Assembly (NCBI GenBank): GCA_018969715.1
Contig: JAGWXT010000005.1
Location: 13,263 to 77,262, forward strand
Direction: 5' to 3'
Source of the DNA: Actinomycetales bacterium
GTDB taxonomy: Bacteria > Actinomycetota > Actinomycetes > S36-B12 > UBA5976
DNA: 64,000 bases
Below the pieces are notes generated by a model. It made no database searches, was not told where the DNA came from, and saw only the letters and a list, made by a program, of their open reading frames with translations. The stretch's first letter is position 1. Every line of letters starts with the position of its first letter. Positions 35,268 to 43,790 of the stretch are shown here, in pieces. The position numbers and the translations under genes were made by a program.

Positions 35268-36698
35268 CTACCGCGCGAGCGACCTCAGCAGTTCAAGGCT
35301 GGTGTCGACCAGGATGCCGGCTGCGGCGGGTGCGAATGGCGCCGGGTGCGCGTACCCGCGGTGCGAGACCGCTGGCTCGTACCCGCCGAATGGGTGCTCC
35401 TCCGGGGTCGCGACATAGCCGAGCATTCCCTGGCTGTAGCCGGCGAACAGCGTGGTGTCGAAGGGTGAGCCGCCGCGGACCGCGGCGCCGATCTCGTTGA
35501 AGATCTCCCCCGGGGTGCCGACGATGGCGCAGTCGCCCACCCGCATCGCCCACACCTCACCCGGGCTGCTCCGCCACTGGGCGAGAGCCTCCCCCTTGGC
35601 GAGCATCATCGCCAGCCACAGCAGGTGGTAGCGGAGGATGTTGGTGCGGCTGCGGGGGGCCCCGGCAGCGATCAGTGCGTCGTATTCCGCCTGACGCTCC
35701 ACCTGCTCGGCGCGCAACTGCGTCAGCGACGGTGCGGTCAGCAGCGGCAGGTCAACCACCCGGTGGGTCACCTGCAGCAACTGCACCGGCTGCTCGGCGA
35801 CGATTCGCCGGCGGTACCGGGCGATTGGCGTGGCCGATCCCCACTCGAAGCGGTCGATCGTCCACTCCAGGGGGCTGCTGTCGGCCACCGCATGGGCGGC
35901 CTCCAACCCCAGCCGCTGACCGAAGGGAACCTGTGGGCCGTCAACATCGAAGAAGGCTTCAAGGGGGAGGACATTGCCCGCTGCCCCCTGCAGGAACACG
36001 CAGACACCGCCCCCGCGCAGCAGTGAGACACGGTCACGTAGCGGCCCGATGAAGTCACTGCCCGTCAGGTGAACCTCGGGGCCGACGACGACGGGGTGGC
36101 AGCCGAAGGCGACGATGGTGGCGATTGGTGCCCCGGTCAGGTCGTCGATGCGGATCGCCGGCACCTCCTCATCGATCGTGAGCTCGCGATTCCAGCCGAG
36201 GATCGTGCCACCGGCGGCGGTGCGCTCACGCCGGTTCACGGCCAGACCGGGAACCCGGCCGGTTCCCCCGGCCGCCCGGGCCGGGCGCGCGTCGGCCGCC
36301 GCGATCCGGGCCGCACGGGCGAAGGCCTCGGGCATCGCATCGAGGTAGGCCTGCTCAACATCGGTGTACTCGTCGAATTCGCCGCCGAGCTTCGTCCCAT
36401 CCTCACGCAGCCAGGGCGTGGCATGGCTGTGGCTGGCATTGATCAGCACATCACCCCGGGTGACACCGATTGCCGCTGCGACCGCATCGCGTATGCGATC
36501 GGCCATCGTCGGGGAGTAGCCGACGACATCGGCAGCGAGGATGGCGCAGGCGGCACTGTCGGTGCGCAGCACCACGGCGGTGATCAGCAGTGGATCGCCA
36601 TGTCCGTGGGTGCGCGCCGACTGCTCCCGGCGGATGTATCCCTGCAGGTCATGCGGCAGTGGTGGGTCGATCGCGACCGATGCAGCGCCAGCTTCCAT
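35268..36698 (-). CDS. neutral/alkaline-ceramidase-like hydrolase (tentative)
   Basis: 476 aa with a GGGAGGA RBS. The N-terminal pattern ...LQGY...GHGDPLLITAVVL.....AILAADVVG....INASHSHATPW resembles the ceramidase_alk N-domain from memory. Confidence 0.5.
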   Translation of the reverse strand: MEAGAASVAIDPPLPHDLQGYIRREQSARTHGHGDPLLITAVVLRTDSAACAILAADVVGYSPTMADRIRDAVAAAIGVTRGDVLINASHSHATPWLREDGTKLGGEFDEYTDVEQAYLDAMPEAFARAARIAAADARPARAAGGTGRVPGLAVNRRERTAAGGTILGWNRELTIDEEVPAIRIDDLTGAPIATIVAFGCHPVVVGPEVHLTGSDFIGPLRDRVSLLRGGGVCVFLQGAAGNVLPLEAFFDVDGPQVPFGQRLGLEAAHAVADSSPLEWTIDRFEWGSATPIARYRRRIVAEQPVQLLQVTHRVVDLPLLTAPSLTQLRAEQVERQAEYDALIAAGAPRSRTNILRYHLLWLAMMLAKGEALAQWRSSPGEVWAMRVGDCAIVGTPGEIFNEIGAAVRGGSPFDTTLFAGYSQGMLGYVATPEEHPFGGYEPAVSHRGYAHPAPFAPAAAGILVDTSLELLRSLAR

Positions 36699-36713
36699 GG
36701 CGTCCTCCCTGGT

Positions 36714-37868
36714 TCAGGTGCGGTGCGTGGGATTGGGGGCGGGTAGGCGGATCGGCGGCCGGTGGCCATCGAAGGTCAGTGGCAGCGCCGCCAGTTGGCG
36801 TGGGCTGTGTTCGTCGGGGTAGGACTCGAGGATGGCCATCGCCGCCACCTGCGGATCGGTCAGCAGATCCTCGGGGGCGTTCACGCGATCGGCGGGAACA
36901 CCGGCGGTTGCCAGCCGGGCCGCCCAGTGCGCTGCCGATGCCTCGGCGAAGGCGGACTCCAATTCACGGCGGAGTGCTCGGTCGTGGGCAACGCGATCGG
37001 TATTGGTGGTGAAGCGAGCGTCGCCGACCAGCTCCGGTCGGCCGATGGCTGTGCAGAGTCGCTCGAAGAGGGCATCGTTCCCCACACCGATGCATACCTC
37101 CCCATCGGCTGTGGGAAAGATGCCATAGGGAGAGAAGGCAGGGTGCCCACTGCCGTGCCGACCGGAGGCCGCCCCCGTCGCTTGATGTGCTGAGAGGTGG
37201 TAACCAACCCAGGTCGCGCCGGTCTCCAGCAGCGATGTCTCCACCAGGCCGCCTACCCCAGTGCGCTCCCGGCGGTAGAGCGCGGCAATGACACCAAGGG
37301 CCAACCACATCCCCGATCCGACGTCGAGTACGGAGATACCTGCGCGCACCGGTGGGCCATCCGACTGTCCGGTGACCGCCGCAATGCCGGTGCGCGCCTG
37401 GAGCACCGCATCGAAGCCCGGTCGATCCTGCTCGGCTCCGCGGCTGCCGTATGCACTGAGGTGGCCGACGATCAGCCGCGGACGCTGCGCCCGCAACTGG
37501 TCGGCGGTGAGGTGCAGATCACGAATCTGACGGGGCAGCAGGTTGGTGAGGAAGACATCCGCATCGTCGAGGAGAGCGCCCAACTGCTGCTGACCCGCAG
37601 GGCTGCGCAGGTCCAGGGTAATGCCGCGCTTATTCCGGTTGACCACATGGAAGTAGGCCGAGGTGTCGCGGTCGGCCTCAACCGGTGCCATCCGGCGGGC
37701 CGAATCCCCTCCCGGCGGCTCGACCTTGCAGACATCGGCGCCGAGATCGGCAAGCACTGATCCCCCGAACGGACCGGCGATATTCGCCGTCGCATCGATG
37801 ACGCGGATTCCCGCGAGGGGCAACTCCGGTGGCCGGCTGGCCGGGGTGGGCGATGCCGTGGCTGGCAT
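36714..37868 (-). CDS. family III CoA-transferase (CaiB/BaiF)
   Basis: LAGIRVIDATANIAGPFGGSVLADLGADVCKVEPPGGD is the hallmark N-terminus of the family. 384 aa. Confidence 0.8.
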   Translation of the reverse strand: MPATASPTPASRPPELPLAGIRVIDATANIAGPFGGSVLADLGADVCKVEPPGGDSARRMAPVEADRDTSAYFHVVNRNKRGITLDLRSPAGQQQLGALLDDADVFLTNLLPRQIRDLHLTADQLRAQRPRLIVGHLSAYGSRGAEQDRPGFDAVLQARTGIAAVTGQSDGPPVRAGISVLDVGSGMWLALGVIAALYRRERTGVGGLVETSLLETGATWVGYHLSAHQATGAASGRHGSGHPAFSPYGIFPTADGEVCIGVGNDALFERLCTAIGRPELVGDARFTTNTDRVAHDRALRRELESAFAEASAAHWAARLATAGVPADRVNAPEDLLTDPQVAAMAILESYPDEHSPRQLAALPLTFDGHRPPIRLPAPNPTHRT

Positions 37869-37911
37869 GCCGGGAGTCTAGGAGCGCACAGGTCGACCCG
37901 TCCGCTAGGGT

Positions 37912-37926
37912 CTGAATCGTTTCCAG
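37912..37926. promoter_or_regulatory. candidate LacI-type operator, site 2 (CTGAATCGTTTCCAG)
   Basis: In the divergent CoA-transferase / enolase region, ~97 bp upstream of ATG 38023 (site 1 has the same spacing to its enolase paralog). The left half-site is one base shorter than in the other sites. Confidence 0.4.
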
Positions 37927-37969
37927 AGGGGTAGGTGCTGAACTGCCGCCGACAGGCGACTCCTGACCG

Positions 37970-38005
37970 GGGATGGGACCGCCGAGCGGGATGGGACCGC
38001 CGAGC
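37970..38005. repeat. 2 x 18-bp perfect direct repeat GGGATGGGACCGCCGAGC
   Basis: Copies at 37970-37987 and 37988-38005, immediately upstream of the RBS and start of enolase gene 38023. Confidence 0.9.
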
Positions 38006-38022
38006 AGAAATGAGGTGAGGAC

Positions 38023-39144
38023 ATGGCCCCGCTGCCCGATCTCACGATCCGGCGCATCGAGACCGTGGCGATCCGGGTGCCACTGGGACGCGTGTACTCG
38101 GGCAGCCACTACCGGATGACCCACCGCTCAACCATCATCACCCGCGTCTACACCGAGTCCGGGCTGGTGGGTGAGGCCTACGCCGGGGACGAGGACGCGG
38201 GGCTGCTGGAGATCAAGGGAATCGTCGATCACGAGATCACCCCTCATCTCATTGGGGAGGACGCCTTCGCCGTTGAGCGACTGTGGCAGCGAGCGCGCCC
38301 GGCGACGTGGAACATCCTGCGCGATCGCCGCCTCGGCCTTGTCGCGTGCGCCTGTGCCGATGCCGCAATCTGGGACGTGGTCGGCAAGGCACTCGGTATG
38401 CCGCTCTGGCGCCTCTGGGGTGGCTTCCGGCGGACCGTCGGGGTGATCACCATCGGCGGCTACTACCACGAGGACGCCGACATCCCCGGCGAGGTGGCTG
38501 ATCTGGTCGCCCAGGGCTTTGCCGGGATGAAGTTCAAGATCGGTGGGCTGACACCGGAGCAGGACGCGGAGCGCTTCCTCACGGCACGCGCGGCTGCGCC
38601 GGCCTCGTTCCGGATCGGGGTCGACGCCAACCAGGGCTACACCCGCGCGCAGGCCATCGAGTTCTGCCAGCGCGTGGCCGGCAGCGACCTGCTGTGGTTC
38701 GAGGAACCGTGCATCTGGGAGAACGATCGCCGTGACATGCGCGATGTGCGGGCCATGGGGGGCGTTCCAGTGTGTGCCGGCCAGACCGAGTTCTCGGCTG
38801 CCGGCTGCCGGGACCTGATGGCTGCTGGTGCGATCGACTACTGCAACTTCGACTCCTCGTGGTCCGGCGGTCCCACGGAGTGGCGCCGGGCAGCGGGGGT
38901 GGCTGCGGTCTACGGCGTGGCAATGGCCCACCATGAGGAGCCGCAGATCTCATCGCATCTGCTCGCATCGATCCCACACGGTGCCTACGTCGAGTACTTC
39001 CATCCTGACCGAGACCCCATCTGGCACAACCTCATCACCAATCGCCCGCCACTGCGGGATGGGCACATCACGCTCTCCGATGAGCCGGGATTGGGCTGGC
39101 ACCTCGATGCCGACTACATTGCTGCGCACGTGGTCAGTGAGTGA
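38023..39144 (+). CDS. enolase-superfamily (MR/MLE) protein, paralog of 748-1872
   Basis: GMKFKIGG, GVDANQGY, LWFEEP, CAGQTE motifs. Colinear with 748-1872 from the first residues (IRRIETVAIRVPL vs IERIETIPLRVPL). Confidence 0.8.
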   Translation: MAPLPDLTIRRIETVAIRVPLGRVYSGSHYRMTHRSTIITRVYTESGLVGEAYAGDEDAGLLEIKGIVDHEITPHLIGEDAFAVERLWQRARPATWNILRDRRLGLVACACADAAIWDVVGKALGMPLWRLWGGFRRTVGVITIGGYYHEDADIPGEVADLVAQGFAGMKFKIGGLTPEQDAERFLTARAAAPASFRIGVDANQGYTRAQAIEFCQRVAGSDLLWFEEPCIWENDRRDMRDVRAMGGVPVCAGQTEFSAAGCRDLMAAGAIDYCNFDSSWSGGPTEWRRAAGVAAVYGVAMAHHEEPQISSHLLASIPHGAYVEYFHPDRDPIWHNLITNRPPLRDGHITLSDEPGLGWHLDADYIAAHVVSE

Positions 39145-39300
39145 CCCGCAGGGACATCTGATGCACAGCACACCCGCCATCACCAGAGTCAGCACCGCCG
39201 GCGTCAGCTCCGCCGCACTCGGCGCCATGAGAATGCACGCCACCACCAGGGTGGACACCATCCGGGTGGACACCACCACCGCAAGGGAGAAGGTGATCCG

Positions 39301-40317
39301 ATGCCCACGATGAGGGTCAATCAGGCGATTGCCACCGCACTGGCCGACGAGATGCGCGCCGATGCCTCGGTCATGGTCTTCGGTGAGGACATCGCCGAGG
39401 CTGAGGGCCCGTTCAAGACCTCGGAGGGACTGCTCGCCGAGTTCGGCCCGCTGCGCGTGCGCGACACGCCTATCTCGGAGATGGCATTCACCGGTGCGGC
39501 CGTGGGGGCGGCCACCTTGGGCATGCGTCCGGTCATCGAGATCATGTTCGTCGAGTTCCTCGGGGTCGCCCTTGATGAGCTCGTGACGGAGGCAGCGAAG
39601 TTCCGCTATCTCAGCAATGGCGCGCTCTCGGTGCCGATGGTGGTGCGCGCCTCGGTCGGCAGCGGACTCGGCTTCGGCTGCCAGCACAGCCAGACCCTCG
39701 AGAACTGGGTCAGTGCAACCCCCGGGCTGACGGTGGTCACCATCAGCGATGCTCAGTCCGCGTACGGGCTGATGCGCGCGGCGATCCGCGACCCCGATCC
39801 GGTCATCGTGCTTGAGCCGCGCACCCTCTATGCACGTCGCGGTGAGGTGACGACGGGCGAGGCAGGCATCCTGCCGCTGCGTCGGGCCCGCACGGTGCGC
39901 CCGGGCGCGGACATCACCGTGGTCGCAATGGGCCAGACGGTGGGCATCGCCCTCGATGCCGTGGCAGCCTGCGACGTGGACGCTGAGGTGATCGACCTCG
40001 CCACCCTGTCACCGTGGGATCGCAGTACGGTGCTCACCTCCGTGCATCGCACGGGGCGGCTCATCGTCGTCGAGGAGGCACCCCTGACGGGGGGCTGGGG
40101 GGCACAGGTCGTTGCGACCGCCGCCAGTGAGGCCTTCAGTGCGCTGACCGCCGCCCCATTCCGGATCACCACCCCCGATGTTCCCGTCCCCTATGCCAAG
40201 CACCTGGAGGCTCGGTTCGTGCCGACCGTCGAGGATGTCGCACGCCAGTTGCGCACCTATCTCGACACCGGCGCGGTGCCGCAGCCCTGGTGGGTCCTGG
40301 AAGGAGTGTCCGCATGA
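39301..40317 (+). CDS. 2-oxoacid (pyruvate/acetoin-type) dehydrogenase E1 component, beta subunit
   Basis: 338 aa. VFGEDIAE..GPFKTSEGL..FGP.RVRDTPISE and the transketolase C-terminal-like half. AAGGGAGAAGG RBS. Confidence 0.85.
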   Translation: MPTMRVNQAIATALADEMRADASVMVFGEDIAEAEGPFKTSEGLLAEFGPLRVRDTPISEMAFTGAAVGAATLGMRPVIEIMFVEFLGVALDELVTEAAKFRYLSNGALSVPMVVRASVGSGLGFGCQHSQTLENWVSATPGLTVVTISDAQSAYGLMRAAIRDPDPVIVLEPRTLYARRGEVTTGEAGILPLRRARTVRPGADITVVAMGQTVGIALDAVAACDVDAEVIDLATLSPWDRSTVLTSVHRTGRLIVVEEAPLTGGWGAQVVATAASEAFSALTAAPFRITTPDVPVPYAKHLEARFVPTVEDVARQLRTYLDTGAVPQPWWVLEGVSA

Positions 40318-41312
40318 GCGTGCAGCTGGATCGGCGGTCGGAGATTCGCGCGGATGCCCGCGCTGCCTATGCCCGCATGGTGGAGATCCGCTTGTTCGAG
40401 GAGCAGGTGAACGAGTTGTTCGCCGCCGGACTCGTCCACGGCACGACCCACCTGTGCCAGGGCCAGGAGGCGCTGGACGTCGCACTGGCCGCAGTGCTGC
40501 GTGATGACGACGTGGTGGCGGCGACCTACCGCGGTCACGGCATTGCACTGGCGCTGGGGATGACCCCGGCATCCGTGCTCGCCGAGATCATGGGCCGGTC
40601 AACCGGCTGCACCGGTGGTGTCGGCGGTTCCATGCACCTGGCCGACATGTCGATTGGTCTGCTGCCCACATCGGCGATCATCGGCGCCGGCCTGCCGATC
40701 GCCACCGGTGCCGCACTGGCCTTCCAGACCCGCGGGGAGGACCGGGTTGCGGTGGCGGTCTTCGGCGACGGTGCCTCGAATATCGGAGCCTTCCACGAAT
40801 CGCTGAACATGGCGGCGGTCTGGCGCCTGCCCGTGCTCTTCCTCTGCGACAACAATGTCTACGGCGAGTACAGCCGAATCGATCGGACGACCGCTGTGCT
40901 GGACCTGTCGCGGCGGGCGGCGGGCTATGACATCCCGGGCGAGTCCTTCGATGGCATGGATGTCGACACCGCTCGCACCGCGATCGCAGCCGCGGTCGAC
41001 CGGGCGCGCAATGGCGGTGGACCCTCCCTGCTGGAGGCACGGACCTACCGATTCGCTGGGCACTCCCGCGCCGACAAGGCGCTGTACCGCCCGGAAGGGG
41101 AATTGGAGGAGTACCGCAAGCGCGATCCGATCGCGGTGCGCCGCAGCGCCCTGCTGGCCCAAGGAGTGAGCGAAGGCGAGTTGGCCGCCATCGACGCGCG
41201 CGTGGCCGATGACATCGCGGCGGTGGTTGCCACGGTCTCGGCTGATCCCCTGCCCGACCTGGCAGCGATGTTCGCCAACATCTGGACCGAGCCCGCAGCC
41301 GCGGCGCGATGA
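40314..41312 (+). CDS. 2-oxoacid dehydrogenase E1 component, alpha subunit (TPP-binding)
   Basis: Trimmed to ATG 40314 (ATGA overlap). HLCQGQEA, YRGHG and TPP motif GDGASNIGAFHESLNMAAVWRLPVLFLCDNN. Confidence 0.85.
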   Translation: MSVQLDRRSEIRADARAAYARMVEIRLFEEQVNELFAAGLVHGTTHLCQGQEALDVALAAVLRDDDVVAATYRGHGIALALGMTPASVLAEIMGRSTGCTGGVGGSMHLADMSIGLLPTSAIIGAGLPIATGAALAFQTRGEDRVAVAVFGDGASNIGAFHESLNMAAVWRLPVLFLCDNNVYGEYSRIDRTTAVLDLSRRAAGYDIPGESFDGMDVDTARTAIAAAVDRARNGGGPSLLEARTYRFAGHSRADKALYRPEGELEEYRKRDPIAVRRSALLAQGVSEGELAAIDARVADDIAAVVATVSADPLPDLAAMFANIWTEPAAAAR

Positions 41313-41364
41313 GTCCCCGCGGCGCGATGTGCATCCGCGGGCCGATTGCACAAGGAGCGACACG

Positions 41365-41604
41365 ATGAAGATGACGGTCAAGTTGCCCAGACTCGGCGAC
41401 ACCGTCGACGAAGTCCATGTCCTGGAATGGCTCAAGCAGCCTGGTGATGTGGTGGCGGTCGGCGATCCCCTGATGAGCGTGGAGACCGACAAGGCGACCG
41501 TGGATGTGCCATCACCGGTCGCCGGGACGCTTGCGGAATGCCTGGTCACCGCAGGTCAGGACATCGCAACCGGGGATCCGGTCGCGGTTCTTGACGCCGA
41601 CTGA
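41365..41604 (+). CDS. stand-alone lipoyl-attachment domain protein (79 aa)
   Basis: Trimmed to ATG 41365 (AAGGAG RBS). MKMTVKLPRLGDTVDEVHVLEWLK..GDPLMSVETDKATVDVPSPVAG with the lipoyl-lysine ETDKA motif. Stops after the domain, with no PSBD or catalytic domain. Confidence 0.8.
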   Translation: MKMTVKLPRLGDTVDEVHVLEWLKQPGDVVAVGDPLMSVETDKATVDVPSPVAGTLAECLVTAGQDIATGDPVAVLDAD

Positions 41605-41688
41605 CCACGGCGACTGACGACGGCCCGCGACGTGCCCGGCCTCGACGGTGCGTACACCGGTGAGACCGGGTCCCGGTCCTTTGACCCA

Positions 41689-43746
41689 ATGACGGTTGAC
41701 CCCGATCCCTGGCCGGCCATCCCGCCTGACTGGTCGCCACTGATCGGGGTCGATCCGCCGGGTCATTGGGAGGTTCCGATCGCCGCGGGACCGGTCAGCC
41801 TCATCGCACGTGATGGTGATCTCTATCAGGTGACCATCGATGGGACCTGCTGGGCGCAGCGGATCTATGTAGGCGTCCGCGACCTGTCCTGGCACACCCT
41901 CACCTGTCGGACCAGTGTCATCAGCACGCAGCGCGAAGGCGATGTGGTACGGCTGTGGTACACCCTGCATGCCGCAAGTGCCCAGCCGGCGGCGGACGAT
42001 CTCGACGTCCTCATCGACCTGATGGTGACGGCGGGGGTGACACCCGAGGGTGCGGGGGTGACGGTGTCAGCGACGATCCGTCCGCAGGGGCAGTTCCGGG
42101 CCGGAAAGATCGGACTGTGCATCCTGCACGACACTCGGACGCATCTGGGAGCCGCGTACACCGCGGACGGTCCCGGCACTCACGTATCCGGCCAGTTCGC
42201 GGACCGCATCGACCCCCAGCTGTTCCGTGACGGCACGGTGACCGCGATGTTCGACCCCTATGACCGGCTTCGACTCCGGCTGCCCAGCGGTGCCGTCGGA
42301 GAGTGGACGTTCACGGGGGACACCTTCGAGATGCAGGACCACCGCAACTGGGCTGATCTATCGCTGAAGTCGTACAGCACTCCCCAGCGTCTGGGCTGGA
42401 GTCATCCATTCCATCCCGATCATCCGCAGCAGCAGACGGTGCACCTGCGGGCCGAGCGGAATCCGGTGGTCGGGTCTGACCCGGAAGACCCCGGATTGCC
42501 CGATCCCGGGCCGGCGGATGAGCGGGGCGTTCCGGTGACCCTGCGGGTGGGCGACCCCACCGCACCGCGGCTGCGGCTGGGCTGCAACCATCCACCCGGT
42601 TCCTCGCCGGTACCATCCGACCTGCTCGCCGTGCTGTCGCCGGACCACCTGCGGGTTGCGGTGACCGCCGCCGAGGCTGACTCCCTGGGGGCACGGTTCG
42701 ACGCCTGCGCTGGGACGGCGGTGGAACTGGTGCTGCTGCCCCACGACGCCGGGGAGGCGCGACAGCTGGTCACCGCCGTGGCCGATGCACTGCATGCCGG
42801 TTCGGTCGCCCTCACCTCGATCCAGCTCGGCGCCCTCGACGCCGGCGCTGAGCTGGAGGTTCCCGACCCCGAGCTGTTCGCCGCCGCCCGTGAGGTACTG
42901 GTGGCCTCCGGCCTGCCCGCCCCGGACCGCACCGGCACCACCTCGCACTTCTGCGCCCTCAACCGGGCGCCAACGGCGTGGCACCCGGGCACCGCCGCGG
43001 TCATCGGAGTGACCACGCAGTTGCACGTGGCCGACAGTGCCACCGTGATGCTCAACATCCTCAGCCTGGCCGATATTGCCGAGTCAATGCGCCAGCTGGT
43101 CGGCGCCGACACCCCGCGGCACGCCTCTCCGGTGAGCCTGATCGGGCGGGACGGACCCTGTCCCACCGGCCCGATCGGGCTGTGGGGGCAGCCCGCGTGG
43201 GTGGACCCCCGGCTGTTCGGCTGCTACGGGGCGGCGTGGCTGCTGGCGATGATCGCCGGTCTCAGTCGCAGTGGCTTCACCTCCGCCACCGTGCTCGACC
43301 TGGGTGGACCCCGCGGGGTCATCGTGACCGATCGTGCGGTCGTCGGGAGCATGCTGCCCGCGGATGCACGGGTGGTTCCCGCCTACCACGTCCTCGCTGA
43401 TGTCCTCGCGGCGACTGCCCTTGAGCCGGTGGCGGTGAGCCTGCCCGAGCGGCTGGCCGCTGTGGCGCTGCGCGGACCCACTGCCACGCCGATGCTCGCC
43501 TGTGCCAACCTCGGGTCGGCGGAACTGACAGTCGATCTCGATGGCTTGGGTGATCGGGTGCGGGTGCGGGTGCTCGACGCGACCACGGCAAGTGAGGCGA
43601 TCACCGACCCCCTCGGCTTTCGGGGTGAGGCAGGCTGGCGGCTCATCGGCACCCAGCTGACACTCGGCGCCTACGCCACGGCTCTGTGCCAAGCCGAGCC
43701 GGCTGCGCCAGCGCCGCGCACGACCACCGCTGATGACTACCGCTGA
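41689..43746 (+). CDS. uncharacterized ~686-aa protein (paralog of 11373-13163)
   Basis: Track ORF 41632-43746 (GTG). ATG 41689 is also possible. Colinear with the 596-aa protein: RIYVGVRDLSWHT, QLFRDGTVTAM, GDTFEMQDHRNWAD, VDPRLFGCYGAAW. It has extra N-terminal residues and a Pro/Asp-rich insert. Confidence 0.7.
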   Translation: MTVDPDPWPAIPPDWSPLIGVDPPGHWEVPIAAGPVSLIARDGDLYQVTIDGTCWAQRIYVGVRDLSWHTLTCRTSVISTQREGDVVRLWYTLHAASAQPAADDLDVLIDLMVTAGVTPEGAGVTVSATIRPQGQFRAGKIGLCILHDTRTHLGAAYTADGPGTHVSGQFADRIDPQLFRDGTVTAMFDPYDRLRLRLPSGAVGEWTFTGDTFEMQDHRNWADLSLKSYSTPQRLGWSHPFHPDHPQQQTVHLRAERNPVVGSDPEDPGLPDPGPADERGVPVTLRVGDPTAPRLRLGCNHPPGSSPVPSDLLAVLSPDHLRVAVTAAEADSLGARFDACAGTAVELVLLPHDAGEARQLVTAVADALHAGSVALTSIQLGALDAGAELEVPDPELFAAAREVLVASGLPAPDRTGTTSHFCALNRAPTAWHPGTAAVIGVTTQLHVADSATVMLNILSLADIAESMRQLVGADTPRHASPVSLIGRDGPCPTGPIGLWGQPAWVDPRLFGCYGAAWLLAMIAGLSRSGFTSATVLDLGGPRGVIVTDRAVVGSMLPADARVVPAYHVLADVLAATALEPVAVSLPERLAAVALRGPTATPMLACANLGSAELTVDLDGLGDRVRVRVLDATTASEAITDPLGFRGEAGWRLIGTQLTLGAYATALCQAEPAAPAPRTTTADDYR

Positions 43747-43764
43747 TGACCACCGCTGATGAAT
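43726..43764. repeat. 3 x 13-bp tandem repeat ACCGCTGATGAMY spanning a stop / start junction
   Basis: Copies at 43726-43738, 43739-51 and 43752-64. Contains the TGA stop of the 704-aa ORF (43744-46). Places TGATGA in all three frames. Confidence 0.9.
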
Positions 43765-43790
43765 GGACGATGAGGGAGAGGAGCGGGCAG

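Noticed and set aside
39161-39313. ~50-codon ORF (MHSTPAITRVSTAGVSS...) and a 12-bp direct repeat GGGTGGACACCA (39249-39260, 39264-39275) in the 156-bp gap before E1 beta.
   Set aside because: The ORF has no RBS, a low-complexity Thr/Ala/Arg composition, and overlaps the E1 beta start. The repeat is short. It is noted as a possible regulatory or leader region, but the evidence is insufficient to call a gene.
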